A DNA stretch of 64,000 nucleotides from Camelus ferus. Its lineage: Eukaryota. Below the pieces are notes generated by a model that saw nothing but the letters and a program-made list of their open reading frames with translations, had not been told where the DNA came from and did not search any database. Below, piece by piece: positions 40,631 through 54,438 of this stretch. The translations under genes and the position numbers were made by a program. The stretch is taken from contig NC_045696.1 of the NCBI RefSeq assembly GCF_009834535.1, positions 45,820,001 through 45,884,000 on the forward strand. Direction: 5' to 3'. The stretch's first letter is position 1; every line of letters begins with the position of its first letter.

Positions 40631-42304
40631 ACCTCAAATTTATTTTTTAGTTTAATTTTTAAATTCCTCTTTATCTGTGTTTTCCAAAATTCTTCTACTG
40701 GACATGAATTACCTGTGTTTCAAACAAATGTGTTCTTACAAATATAATGCCTAGACTGGCACTTTATATGTCACATTGAAATCAGTAAACATAGTTAAAT
40801 TTATTTTGCAAAAAAAAAAAACTGAAACAATTTAAAATAGACAAATATAATAAATAGCCCCAATCTTACATAGTATTTAACTCATCAGTGACACAACCTT
40901 TCAAATGACATTTTTTAAATGTATTCAGTACAAGGTGATTCACAAAATACTTAACAACCTGTATGGAATAGGCAGAAACTACTAAGAGTGACTGCCCAGA
41001 AGTCAGAAAGGACTGGCTAGCACAACATAGTGGGGCATGTTAGCCTCAAAAACTCTAGGAAAAGTGTTCCATGGCCAACTGCTTTTGGAAAATAATGCCT
41101 ATTATTTCCTCCTCTTGGGAATTCTTGTCAAAAAGAAAATATCCTCAACATCATTAAATGCAAGCTTTTATTTTATCATAAAATTATTTTCTCATGAAAA
41201 CCTTTTTTATGGCAACACCTATTCACACCCTGTGGAACATGCTCTCCCAAGTGCTTTTATGCTAAACTATTATTCTGCTGAGCCATTTCTTATCCATATC
41301 CTTTTCTACCAGTTGATAATTATTGCCACTCAAATAGAACGTATTCTGTAAAACTGACCTACTCTATAGCCAAGTCTCTTTAAGAAAAGTGACACATCTA
41401 AAATTAAATCATGTGAGATATTAACATTTCCCTTGACCTATGAATGCATTCACTTGCTAGGTGAATATCAGCAATAAATAAAAGCAGCGTATTAGAAAAA
41501 AAAAGGTGAAAAGTGTGAAAGCGATAGGTTTAGAGCTAACATCACAAATAGACTTTCTGCAGTGTCATCCCTTATCAACTCGTAGGTGCTCTTTGCTGAG
41601 AATTTTGCAGCTGGATCTCCTCGGCTCAGATGGAAACTACAAAGTTTAACTAGATTCCTGCCATGATCACAAGATGAATAAATAAATGAAGACCTTCATG
41701 CTAAGTACAGTACTTTGTGTCTTTTTATGAAATAAGGTTGGATAAGGATTATATTGCATGTTGATCTAATTTCTCTTTCATATTTGAAGTGATGTTGTTT
41801 TCAGAAAGAGAACACAATTTAGAAACTGAGATGAGAACCTACTTTTTGCCTGACAATAAAATCTCTGCTTCTTTCACTATATCATATTGAAGTATTTAGA
41901 TAATACATGAAAGAAAGTTATCCAAGGATGTGTAATGAGATACCTCTAGGGGTAATTACATTGAAAAAGAGTATGGGAAAGTATTTTTTAAAAAGTAGTA
42001 TGCAATTTAAACTTTTTCTGAACACAGCAACTATAGTCAATTAATTCTCATCATTTTCAAAATAATTTTATTATGTATCATAAAAATAAGCATCAAAGAT
42101 TGCTATAAAAATGTGTTATTTACATATGGCCCAGGATATACATATTTAAACCAATTATAACTAAATCCAAATGCCTTCAAGAAATTAAGAAAATATTTCT
42201 GTGAACAGAAAATAGAAGAGGAACATCAAGTGGCAAGTAGACCTCAAGCTGCAGGCCTCCTCACTCTGAGTCCAGAAGCAGGCAGAAGCATCAAAACATA
42301 AATT

Positions 42305-42779
42305 TGCAAATGAGCAGGACCCCATGGGGCCTTCCAGGACAGACCCCTCCCCCATATCTTCTGCTGCAGCTCCTCTCTGAAGGACCTCATTAAGTGTCTG
42401 CTGCACACTTCCCAAGTTGTTTTACAGGTGTTAAAACCACCACCAAATGGAAGAAAATAACTATTTGATGATCATGAGCCCCCACACCTACTGGTGCTTA
42501 AGGACTGATCATGTTAACCAACCTGTTACCTCACCACCAACCAGTCAGAGAACTGCGCACGAGCTGATCACGTACCCTGCGAATCCCAGCCCTCACCTGG
42601 TCTTTAAAAATGCTTTGCTGAAACCCTTCAGAGAGTTCAGGGTTTTAGAGCACGAGCCACCTTTCTCCTTGTACTGGCACCTTCACAATAAATGCTGCAC
42701 TTTCTGTTACTACAACTCTCTCTGAGTAGGTTGGCTGTACTGTGTACAGCTGCATGGACCCAAGTTTGATTTGGTAACA
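42305..42779 (+). mobile_element. Solo LTR, ERV1 class (lineage-specific)
   Basis: tgcaaatgagcaggaccccatgggg start, AATAAA at ~42687, ends ggtaaca. Shares termini and 3' half with 45204-45841. Confidence 0.85.
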
Positions 42780-44662
42780 GAAGTGGCCAAGGTAAAAGCG
42801 GGAACTTTAACCAGGTTTATTGCTTGGGACTGGCCTTCTTGGTGCCTAAAAGGAGGCTGAAAAACTGCTACAGAAAACTGAATGTCAGAATAACTTCCAT
42901 AAAGCTACCAACTTAAGAAGGTGGGTCATAGCTTCAAAATCTGATCCTAAGCCAAGCCACACACTGGACAGGCTGCATTGTCTGTGAAACTCTCCTAAAG
43001 CCCTCACAGGAAAACAAAACAAAACCAAACAAAACAAACAAACCCAAAAAGCTCTGAATTGCAAAAGTGAGACCCCTTTGTGGAAAAGATTCCAGGAGCC
43101 CTGTGGTGGCAGCCACAAAACCACTAGCCAAAAAGGACGAGAGCAAAGAGAGAAAAAAATATCTCACTGAACACGGGGTACAAAGTAAAACTCCAAAATA
43201 TGTGAAAATAACTAATGCTACAAAATATAACCAAACCAAACCAAACCAATCACACTAAAACAGATATTATAAAACATGAGCAAGTAGAAGTGAAAATAAA
43301 TCAACATTTTTTTAAACTGACAATAGGGTCACTGAAACTAAAACTTAATAGGTCAGACATCATATTTTTGAGTTAATAAATTATTAAACTTGAAGAGAGT
43401 GATATTCACTATGAACATGAACAGAGGGTTAAAAATATTAAAAGACAATGAAAAAAATGAAGGAAGAGAGGGAGAAGGACAGATATTTTATAAACAAGGA
43501 AAGTAATTGAGAGTGTCCAAGACAGGTTGAATAGGTGTTTATCTACCCATCAACAAAATGTGAGAAGCAATATTAGAAGATATGTTTTTTTTCCCCCAAA
43601 ATGAAGAAGGAGACCTCAAATCAAAAGGACATCCAATTTCCAAGCTGGAATTTAAGCCTACATTTGAAATGCATAATAAAATATAAATTTTTAAAGTTAT
43701 CAGAAAGAAAAGGTGGTTACTTACCAAATAATAATTACACTGGCAGAATTTTCATTGGCAAAAAATAGATCCTAGGAAATACTGTCATACATCTTCAAAG
43801 AGCTGAAGGAATTCTATACTAGTTCAACCATCCTCCAAGAGTGAGTGTGAGGGTTCTCCATCTGGCATTGTGGCAGGCTGAATTCTCAGAGAGATTCTCC
43901 CACGATAAATCAGCTAGATAATGGATAATATAGTTCTCAACGCATTCAGTGCTGGCAAGAAGCAGGGAAGTCTGTCATCCTTCTCTCAACGAACTATGAG
44001 TTGAATGTGTGAGCAGTGAGAGGTAATCAAGTGGGAGAAACAAGACTGCTCCAAGGGCAAGCGCCCATAATACTATTGTAACTGCACCACATTAGCCTCT
44101 GGGCAACTGACCAAATGAAGGAGATAAAGCTGAGACTTTTATTTTAAGCAAGGACACCTGAAGAGTCTAATGTAGTCCTAGATCTATGGTCCCCCCAGGG
44201 CTCTCATCAGAAACAAAAGGTGAAGGAAAATATTTGCAATTTAAGCCCACCTATTCTCAGATTAAGATCAATCAAGTGTAAATTTCTGATACCATCACGC
44301 AGATGCTTCATGAGGCAACAGAAACAAAAGAGGTTTAATAAAAACCTTAAAATAATGGAATTGTCAGGTACAAAATATAAAATATAAAATGCATAAGGAA
44401 ATAAAAGATAAATTCACAAATGGAAAAAGCCTCAAGAGATTCCAAGAAATTATCAGGCAATTCTAGAAAAGAGACTAAATGGAATTTCTAGATAAGAAAA
44501 ATGAAATTGTTGAAATAAAAAAAAAAAAACCTGAATAAGCAAGTTAAATAGCAGAATAAACACAGCCAAAGAGACATTAGTAAAGTTGTATCTGAAAAAA
44601 AAAAACAAAAACACAACAAAGAGCAATAGAAAGGAATCAAAAATATAAAAATTAAAAATATA

Positions 44663-45152
44663 CAGGCATACCTCAATTGTACTTTGCTTTATTGTGATTC
44701 ACAGATATTGCTTTTTTTTTTTTCACAAATTGAAGGTTTGTGAGAACCCTGCATTGAGCAAGTCTCTGAGTGTCATTTTTCCAACAGCATTTTCTCACTT
44801 TAAGTCTCTGTCACATTTTGTTGTTCTCGTGATATTTCAAATTTTGTCATTATTATTATATTCAACGTAATGATCTATGTCCAGTGATCTTTGAAGTTAC
44901 TACTGAAAAAAGATTATGACTTGCTGAAGGCTCAGATAATGGTTAGTATTTTTTAACAATATTTTAAAATTAAGTTATGTACATTGTTTTTTAGATATAA
45001 TGCCATTGCACATTTAAAAGACTATCATATAGTGTAAACATAACTTTTATATGCACTAGAAAACCAAAAAAATTCATGTGACTCACTTTATTGCAATATT
45101 TGCTTCATTGTGGTCTGGAGCTAAACCTGCAATATCTCCCTGACATATACTG
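44663..45152 (+). mobile_element. Tigger1-derived non-autonomous element (~490 bp)
   Basis: TA-caggcatacctc left TIR, aaattgaaggtttgtg...ccctgcattgagcaagtct, right end gcaatatctcc...ctg-TA. Confidence 0.9.
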
Positions 45153-45203
45153 TACAGGGAAGGTAGAATGAAAAGATCCAGTCAATTCTAACTGGAACCC
45201 TGG

Positions 45204-45841
45204 TGGAAATGAGCAGGACCCTGTGAGGATCTTTCCAGGGACACAACCCTTCTGTGTCCCTGTCCTCTTGTTTGCAGAAAAGTTTTAGCTTCCTAGGCCT
45301 TTTCCAAGTTCTAGAGAGCAGATGATTTAATCAAAGAAATGAGAAAATGCAGAAACAAAGGAAAACAGCCAAGGAAGACAAAATCATAATAGTTTAGCCA
45401 TAAAACAAAGTCAAGGACTTTTTATTTTCTCCTTAAAGACTATAGGTAATATCCTGAGTCATATCTTTGACTTGTTTTGCAGATACTAAAACTAAAACTA
45501 CTATCAGGTGGAAGAAGTTAACTGCTTCTCAACCAGCATTTAGATCCCAGACAGGTTACAACCAGAAGGTTGATAACTGAGATTCCTAAAAATCACCCCA
45601 TTACTTCACCACCAACCAGTCAGAAGGATGTCCATGAACTGATCACAGACCCTGAGATCCTCTCCCTCATCTTGTCTTTAAGAACAGTTCCCTGAAAGCC
45701 ACTGGAGAGTTTGGGTCTTTTGAGCATTAGCTGTCCATATTCCTTGCAAAAAATGCTGCACTTTTTTTTTTTTAAATCTGGTGTCAGTTGATTGGCTTTA
45801 CTGCACACAGGTTGAGCAGACCCAAATTTGGTCTGATAATA
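45204..45841 (+). mobile_element. Solo LTR, ERV1 class (longer relative of 42305-42779)
   Basis: tggaaatgagcaggaccc start, shared caccaaccagtcagaa...aaatgctgcactt...gacccaa 3' half; near-TSD ctgg/ctag. Confidence 0.82.
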
Positions 45842-45975
45842 CTAGAGAGAGGAGAGAAAGGAGCGGTTTATCAATAAAATTATAAACTTAGCTAAAATTG
45901 ACAACTTTATCAAAAAAAGAAATGTAAACTCTTAAACAAGATGAAGCAGAAAGTCTGAACAGGCCTAGAATTATT

Positions 45976-46021
45976 ATTTTTTACTGAGGTATAGTCAGTT
46001 TACAATGTTGTGTCAATTTCT
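45976..46021 (-). mobile_element. Extremely 5'-truncated young L1 (~46 bp)
   Basis: tttttactgaggtatagtcagtttacaatgttgtgtcaatttc is the antisense terminal L1 3' UTR; TSD tagaattatt (45966-45975 / 46022-46031). Confidence 0.85.
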
Positions 46022-48754
46022 TAGAATTATTGTAAAACTGAAACAATACCTAAAAAGAGGAAAAATTCCAGGCCTGAGTCATCTACCATGCAAGTTCTAA
46101 TATACTTTCAATGATAAAATCTTTCCAATCTTATACAAAGTCTTCCGGATAATGGAAAAAGAGGAGAGGTGCATATTGCCCAAACCACTGAGACCAGGAT
46201 ACTGATCTTAAAGTTTTACCTTGATATGTAGATTCAATAACAATAATTCAAAAACAGGAAAATAATTGATCTCATTCATAAACACAGAGACAAGAATTCT
46301 GAACAGAATACTACCAATTCAAGCCAAATAATGAATAAAATAAGTGATCCACAAAGAACAATTTAGATTTATTCCAAAATCCAAGAATGATTTAACATTA
46401 TGAATAAAATTATAGAAAAAGAAAGTAAAAGCATATGATTATCTCAATCAATGCAGAAAAAAGCATTTCAGAAAACCTGAGAAAAAATAGAGACTCATTC
46501 AGGATAAAAACTCAGCAAAATAGCAAGAGAAATGAACTTACTTGATACATCTGACAAAAGCATATTGCAAATGTTATTGTTAAGGGTGAAATTAAGAGGC
46601 ATCTCTTTTGAAGTCAGAAATTTGACAAGGATTCAACTGCTTCAATTCCATATAAATGGGAATAAATAGGAATTAATTAATGGGAATGTCTGACTAGTAG
46701 CATCAGGCTTAAAAAAGAATGGGAAGTTAAGGGCTTGAAAGAAGAGACAAACTATTAGTCATAGATAATATAATCAAAAAGCTAAAAAATAATCTATCCA
46801 AAATTTATAGGAATTGATGAGAAAACAGTCAGATGGCTGGTTATAAGATTAATATACAAAAATCATGTGCATTTTTATATCCCATCAACAATTAGGGAAA
46901 TCCTTGTAAAAATAACATAACAGCAACATATACTGTAAGTTTCCTAGAATACATCTAACAAACGTTTTCACAACCCAGGTAGAGAAAATTATACAAGTGT
47001 TATGAAACATTCCAGATGATAAACAAATGAAAACATACGCTATATGTGTGAATAAAGAGGCATTTTTAAAAATATCAATTCTCTCTCAATTGACCTAAAG
47101 ATTTAATGCAATCCCAATCAAAATCATTATAGGACTTGTTGTAAATGTTGATAAGCTGATTCTAAAATGTTCATAGGAGAGCAAAGAGCCAAGTATACCC
47201 AAATCACTCATAAAGAAAAAGGAGGGCAGGCTTACCCTCAGCAAAAAGAGCTTATTAGAATGGCAGATGAATGAAGACATTGTGATATAAGCTAAGGGAA
47301 AATCTAACTGTTCAATGGGATGGACTAGAGTGCCCAGAAATAGATCCACATGTAAGTGAAAAAAACAAATGAGAGAGCTGGAATTTCAGATCACTGGGGA
47401 AATGAGGTTGTCTTCAATTTACAGTGATGGTTTTCCACACACAAATCAATTCACATGAATTCATGACTTAAATATGAAAAGCAAAACTTCAGAGCTTTTG
47501 TATGAAAATATAAGCAAATAGCTTTATGTCCTATAATTCAAAGATGATTTTTAAGGCATTATGATATTAACTGTAAAAAATTAAAATTCCACATTATTTC
47601 ATAATGAGTCATTCAACTGTATATATAAACTGAAATTTTATTTAACCAATATGGTTGCTTTTTACATTACAAGGCAGGTGGTTCATAGACCACAATGAGC
47701 TGACTTCAAAATATTTCCAAAAATAAATAATCTTACAGGGCAAATAAACTCAACAAGTAGAGGTATTCTATGAATATTCAATAATTATCTTTAAAGAAAA
47801 AGAAATTAATTTGAGTAACGTGCAAAAATAACAAAAAAAGGACTAGTGTGAACTAGAACTGATATTCTTTTTTTATTGTTGTTCTGGCATCAAATATGTA
47901 TTTTCTTTACAGACCAATTTTTTCATCTCAAAAAATTCCATGTCTGGAAAAAAAATCCACCTCAACCCAAAAATCACTCTTGCAAACAAGCCAAAAATCT
48001 AAGCAAGGATATAACAGGAGAAAAATGACACCTACCTACTTCTTCCATTGTATTCAAAGCATTTTTCTATATTATAAAATATTACTATGAGATTTGAATC
48101 TTCTTATATACAAGTACTAGAGATATTGCCTGTGCATTTAGTCATCATGTTGGTTAAGGTAATTGAATTCCTTTAGTTTATTAAAACTTTCTTCTGTTAT
48201 GCAAACCTCACTGACCACAATCATTAATGCTAGATAACTTGACATCTAATCCTTAGAAAAAATAAACCTATATATACATATGCTGCTGCTGCTGTCCTTA
48301 ATGCTACACTGACTATTCCTTACAAGTAATCAGAGGGAATATGTTGGAAATATATGAGTCACTAACTCATGAGTCACTAACATTAGGCATACAAGCATTT
48401 TTGTAAGCATAGTCATTTATAGATTACATACATATGAAGTTGTATCCTATCTTATTTGTTTTCTGCTTTTTTATCAGTCTTCCAAAAGCAGCAGATGGTC
48501 ACATAAATGCTCAAATAAATGACCTTATGGATGTTAGTTTTCAACCTATTAATTTTCAAGAAAAGAAGACATACCAATCAATGTGCTTAATTCAAAAGTG
48601 AGTTTTTAGAAATAATCTCAACTCTGAAGCATTTTGGTAACATACCCCACTTATGTTTGTTTGAAATTCTGCCATCTCATTACTTATACCAAAATCAATC
48701 CTAAAATTTTAAAGACAGCATTGATCTTTCTTCTAGCAGTGTTGACAAGTACTT

Positions 48755-49157
48755 TATTGCCATTTGCAGCAATGTGGATGGACCTACAGTATATTATGTT
48801 TAGTGAAATAAGTCAGACAAAGAAGGACAAATACTGTATAATATCACTTATATGTGGAATCTAAAAAATAATGCAAATGAATGTATATGCAAAATAGAAA
48901 CAGACTCACAGATGCAGAAAACAAATTTGTGATTACCAAAGAAGAGAGGGACATGCGGGAAGGACAATTAGGGGTATGAGAGTAGCAGATCAAATGTACT
49001 ATATATAAAATACATAATCAACAAGGATACACAGGGAATTATACCCATTTTCTTTTAATAACCTGTAATAGAATATAATCTGCCAAATACTGAATCACTC
49101 TACTATACAACTGAAACGAACACAATATTGTAAATCAATTATACTTCAACTTTAAAA
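48755..49157 (+). mobile_element. L1 3' end
   Basis: gccatttgcagcaatgtggatggacc...ggaatctaaaa...gtaaatcaattatacttcaa. Confidence 0.9.
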
Positions 49158-51644
49158 GAGTAAATTAAGGTCCACAAAACTAATATTTCAAAATGCTGGT
49201 TGTTATATTAATGTTGTGCAATATGCCTAATGATCTCCCAAACAGTTGGAACCAAATGGGGTTGGTGAATCGGTGGTCGTTACAACACACATCTGCCCAG
49301 CTTTATGTTTTATACACCAAGCAAAAAATTCTATTCTCTGTGACTCTATTCCCAACTAGATCATGAACTTCTCAAAGGCAGGACCACTTTCCTCCTATTT
49401 TACTTTCCTTGCAGTGCCTCGTGCCTTGTTGGCTCTATATAGGATTAACTGGAAAAAGAAAACTAAAATTTAAATTAAAGTTGTATTGTAACTTAACGCA
49501 GTGCATAGAATTGACGTTTGTGTGGAACTCTCTTTACTCCCACTCCTCTTCAATTATTCCATATGCAAATACACTAAGTTCATGTATTTAAAGAAGCCCC
49601 CCCCCCCCATGCAAATAGCTATTCTCTCAGGCACGTCATGGTCACCAAATAAAACGGGTCTGTGGCTTTGTTTAAAGCATCTTAAAATACTATATTAGAA
49701 GCAATTTTTAGTTTCTGTTTCTAAGATGAGTGCACAAAAAAACCTTGATCAAATCATTTGAGTTATTGGTCCCTTTACAAAACAGTCACAAAGGCATGCT
49801 TACATATTGAACAAGTACTTTTGACTAAGGCTGTTTGGGACTTTAAGAGTCCTTTGAGACAAACTGCTTAGTATTTTAGATTTCATTCTTCGTGGTGAAT
49901 AAGAATGCCCTCCCCCGTTTAAAAGATAAATAGTTTTCTTTCATTTGCTTCATAACTTGGAGCAGTGCATTCAGAGTAATCGCTGTTACGCATCTTTTCA
50001 CTGACTGTACGTCGCTTGGGCTCTCACCAGTGGATCCATGCTTAAGCAGATACCCTAAATAGAGCCTGGCACTAGTGCTGGCCTCCCTAGAAGGGGCCCC
50101 TTCTTCATCTCTAACATCTTCAAAAGAGACACAGATACAGAAGCTGGAGCCTGTGACACTCAGAAGCAGTAGACTCTGCCTGCCAGACGTAATCAAATAC
50201 TATGAATTCTATAGATTTTTCTGTATCAATAGCTTTAAAAAAAAATTCCTCCATAAATAGGATAACAGTGGAAAGTTTGCTTGCTTCTGTGATTGCTCGG
50301 CATAAAATTCGTTAGATTCTAGTCTACATTCTTTCAGCATCATTTACAGTTATAAGAAAATCCAACAGCGCCTCCAACTGCAAAGAAATGAACAGTGAAC
50401 CCTGCAATTCATCTCTTGTTTATTTTGATAAGACCTCTATTCATTTCAGCGAAATTTATGACAAGAAACAGTAGCAGCAATGAGTTCATTTCCTTAATAT
50501 TTTTTCAACCCAAACAGCCTAAGGTCTTACCCTTTCACAGAAAGACAGTTCTGTGACCTTTTTATTATATTTTAGCTCAGAAGCAATGTTTCCCATTTTT
50601 CAAGCATGTGGAAGAACAGCTTATATAAAAACACCTACCCTGAGGATTAATTTTTATGAGTCATTTTTTACTATTGCTTCCAAGAGCTAATGTTAGTGTT
50701 CATATTTTGAAGTCATTTTAAATATTATCTGTTAATTAACATGTATTGTACTGATGTAAAATTTATTAAACCATCCTTTATTTGATACTGAAATATTTTT
50801 TTCTTCAAATGATTATGTAAAATACATGGATATTTTGCATTTTAAGTGTCAGTAGAAGTTAATATTTCAGCAGAACTCCCTGTTTTGATTCTCTAAAAAT
50901 TGTTTAGAAAATCTCCCTTTAATAGCATCATATTTGGTATTGAATCTGAAAAAGAATTTAAAAGAGGAAAAAAAAGAAAACAAGAGTTAGATAGACCAAA
51001 GGACAAAAGGAGATATTTTGATAACTACAAAACTTTTTAACCTGAACTTTGAATCATCCAATTTGATACAAGTTGCCCTCAAGAAGAAAAACAGTGAAAA
51101 ACAAAAAAACTATTTTCAATGAGAGAAGACTCTCTAATAAAAACTTAGAACTTTCTAACTGAATCCAGTTTCCGTGTCCTCAATATATCAATCAGTCCAA
51201 AAAAATGTTTCAAGTTAGTTCTGATAAGTAAAGGATAAGCGTAGTTCATTTTGCTATTATATCCCACAACCTAAAAAGTTCTGAAGCTATAATTTAGGGT
51301 AATTATTTATATTATATTTTTTCAAGTTTATGAAAGGATTCATAGCAGGGTAATTTTAAATATTGCAAACCCCACAGTGCATTAGGTACTTGCTTAAAGA
51401 TTATTTTCTTTTTTTGTCATGGATCAGATAAAACTCTGATAAAAATGATTGACAATTTATCAAAAGTAGAGATCTAGCAACATGAAAAATATGGAGTTAT
51501 GGTTCAGTTTCCAATTTCATTTACAAACACTTTTCCTCAAAGAGATTACCTCTGTGAAATATGTCAGAGTACAGAAAATAATTGACTATTAAGTTGTACT
51601 CTATACTTTATAGGATAGACCAATTTAAACATTCTTATCACTTT

Positions 51645-52750
51645 TTCATCTAACAAAAAATATTCATGGAGTACCTACTATGTGCTAAGGTACTAAATGG
51701 GAAAAGTTGCAAGAGGTGAATAAGCTAAATAAGGTATGGTGGTATTGCAATTTAGTGGAAGAAACAGGCAAATAACCAATAACTAACATACAATGTAAAA
51801 AATGTTCTTTACATGTGATATGAGAGTACAAGGTGGAATAGGAGTAAGGGGAAGCGTCAAAGAGAAATTTTTTAGCTGGATCTTAAAAGATAAACAGAAG
51901 GAGGAGGAGCAATATAGGGGTAGGGAGTTAAGAGGAACAAACTATTATGTATAAAATAAGCTACAAGGATATATTGTACAACACAGGGAATGTAGCCAAT
52001 ATTTTATAATAGCTACAAATGGAGCTGAGCCTTTAAGAATTGTTAATACCTATATATAGATCACTATATTGTACACCTGTAACTTATATAATATTGTACA
52101 TTAACTATATGTCAATTTAAAGAAACTGTCAAAAACAAAGGATGAACAAAAGTGCATTAAGTGAAAAAGAAACTATCTCCATTGAAGAGAACAGCAAGTG
52201 TAAAGACATAGTGATGTTTGAAAGCATGACAGATATAGAGAATAGTGAGTATTTACCATATGAGATCATAGACAATATAGAAATGCTAGGAAAACAAACG
52301 GGGAAGAGGTTCGGGGCCATGTTATAAATTTAAGCTATGCTGAGGAACTTGTCCTTTATCCTTTATAGACAGAGATCCAGGGAAGGTTGAGAATAAAGAA
52401 GGACATTACATGAAATACAATTTTTCATTTAAAAAAATGTAAAAAATTTTTGAGGACTGACTTTTAAAAGAGTTTGGAGGCAGAAAACTATTGTTTGACA
52501 ACAGTCCTGATGAGAGATAGTAAGGGTGTTTAGCAGTGGAAAAGAAGATAGAATTGATTTTATAGACACTTAAGAAGTAAAATCAAGTACCATTTGGATG
52601 TGGTAGGTTGGTACTACTTGAGTGGTAGACTATTGAGAGGCAAGAGTTAGTATGACTTAAATGTGTCTAGTTGAGCTACTAAAGAGATGACACTGCCATT
52701 AACCAAGGTAGAAAATCTAGGAAAAGCAGCAGCTTTTAAAAAAATAGAAG
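51645..52750 (-). mobile_element. L2 fragment with a nested L1 3' end
   Basis: tattcatggagtacctactatgtgctaagg start; L2 motifs resume after 52130. Confidence 0.7.
51900..52125 (+). mobile_element. L1 3' end fragment
   Basis: gtataaaataagctacaaggatatattgtacaacacagggaa...aacttatataatattgtac. Confidence 0.85.
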
Positions 52751-52959
52751 ATAAGTTTGCTTTTATTTAGACAAAATACAATATAGTTTTAAATTTCAAA
52801 TAGAAAGAAGTAATTTATGATAAACTTATATTTTAATAGCTTTGGTTTTAGGCTTTAATGAGAGGAACAATCTAGTGACCTTATAATTAGTATTTACATG
52901 TCTTAAAAAAATCTAAAATTATAAACTAATAAATGTGTTGAAAGTTAAGAAATACATAA

Positions 52960-53305
52960 ATATTAAGATGAAATTCTAAAGAAAAAATGGGGCTTAAGAA
53001 AAAATAACAAATTTTTAAAAAACAAAGTACAATATTTAGAAATGAGAAACATAGGCATTTAAGTTAAAAACTTGGTGAATGGTTTAAAAAAAACTGGTTA
53101 AACACAGTTAAGTACAGAATTCGTTAACTGCGAAACAGATATGAAGAATGTATTTAGAGTGCAAGCCATAAAGAAGGGTAGGAAAAAAATAAAAAGAACA
53201 CAAGGAGAATGAAACACAAAGATTCAATATACATCTAAATGGAGTTACCAAAAAGAGAAAATAAAGAGAATGACGGAGAGGCAATGTCTGAAAAGAAATG
53301 TCTGG
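52960..53305 (+). mobile_element. Old L1 ORF1 fragment
   Basis: aatatacatctaaatggagttaccaaaaagagaaaataaagagaatg...gaggcaat. Confidence 0.55.
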
Positions 53306-53309
53306 AAAA

Positions 53310-53580
53310 AGTAAGCTGCCATGGGGTGAGGCCTGCGACAAGGAACACTGGCCGGTCCCTAGCTGAGGGTGGGCACTGCCAAGAGTCAGTAAGGAAGCAT
53401 GAACCTCTGCCCACAGACACAAGGAACTGAATGCTGATAACAATCACATGAGTTTGGAAGAGAACCCCAAAGTCCAGAAAGGAAGATAATCTGGACAATA
53501 CCTTGTTCGCTGCCTTGGGAGACCTGAACAGAGGACTCTGCTCTTCTTAGCTCTTGATTCTCAAAAAGTGTGAGGTGATG
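53310..53580 (+). mobile_element. MaLR LTR fragment (MLT1D/E-like), 3'-truncated
   Basis: aagctgccatg...caaggaactgaatgctg...catgagtttggaagag...gagacctgaacagagga...tgtgag. Confidence 0.7.
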
Positions 53581-53949
53581 TATCAAAGGACTTACTTCAC
53601 CAAAAGAGAGAGGCATCAAACTCTCCACCAGTGGAAATAAAGATGGTGAGATCCCTATTGCAAAAATGTTCCTATATAGAGTGGATGACCACTCAGTGAG
53701 GATGTTGGAAAGATCTGAAAATTAAGAGTTGATGAAATGATGCCTTTAGTGACACTTTGATGCCTGAATCCAAAAGCTCCCCCACAAAAGATATGCAGAA
53801 TCCATATAAATTCAGAAAAACACTGGTGTCCAACAGGTTGTACCAAAAATCTTCGCATATGCCTTGGTTGTTTATATTATTTCCATTCTGAAAATATTCT
53901 AGGTCCCCTGACACAGACTTTTGCCAATGTTGTCGGAATGTCCAGAGAA

Positions 53950-54438
53950 GTATATTTATACGATGAAATATTACTCAGCCATAAAAATATAATAAAATAA
54001 TGCCATTTGCAGCAACATGGATGGACCTGGAGATTGTCATTCTAAGTGAAGTAAGCCAGAAAGAAAAAGAAAAATACCATATGATATCACTTATATGTGG
54101 AATCTAAAAAAAAAAAGACTAACTTATTTACAAAACAGAAACAGACTCACAGACATAGAAAACAAACATGGTTACCAGAGAGAGGAGGGAATGGGAGGGG
54201 ATAAATTGGGAGTTCAAGATTTCCAGATACTGACTAATACTTATAAAATAGATAAACAAGTTCATACTGTATAGCACAGGGAACTATATTCAATATCTTG
54301 TAGTAAATTATGATGAAAAAGAATATGAAAATGAGTATACGTATGTTCATGTATGACTGAAACATTATGCTGTATACCTGAAATTGACACATTGTAAACT
54401 GATTATATTTCAATGAAAAATATATATACACAAAAAAA
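53950..54438 (+). mobile_element. Young L1 3' end (camelid L1-like)
   Basis: Well-preserved ORF2 end and 3' UTR: gccatttgcagcaacatggatggacctggagattgtcattctaagtgaagtaagccagaaag...ttgacacattgtaaactga...A-tail. Confidence 0.92.

Larger units (their letters stand above)
42800..47560 (+). mobile_element. Fragmented old L1 sequence (5' region, ORF1, ORF2) hosting later insertions
   Basis: A-rich sense L1 text: atctcaatcaatgcagaaaaaagcattt, gattaatatacaaaaatca, agatttaatgcaatcccaatcaaaatc, gagtgcccagaaatagatccaca. Confidence 0.75.

Noticed and set aside
42305..45841. Two related, co-oriented LTRs ~2.4 kb apart suggesting a provirus
   Set aside because: The LTRs differ in length and 5' half, the intervening DNA is old L1 plus Tigger with no gag/pol/env, and the second LTR has its own near-TSD.
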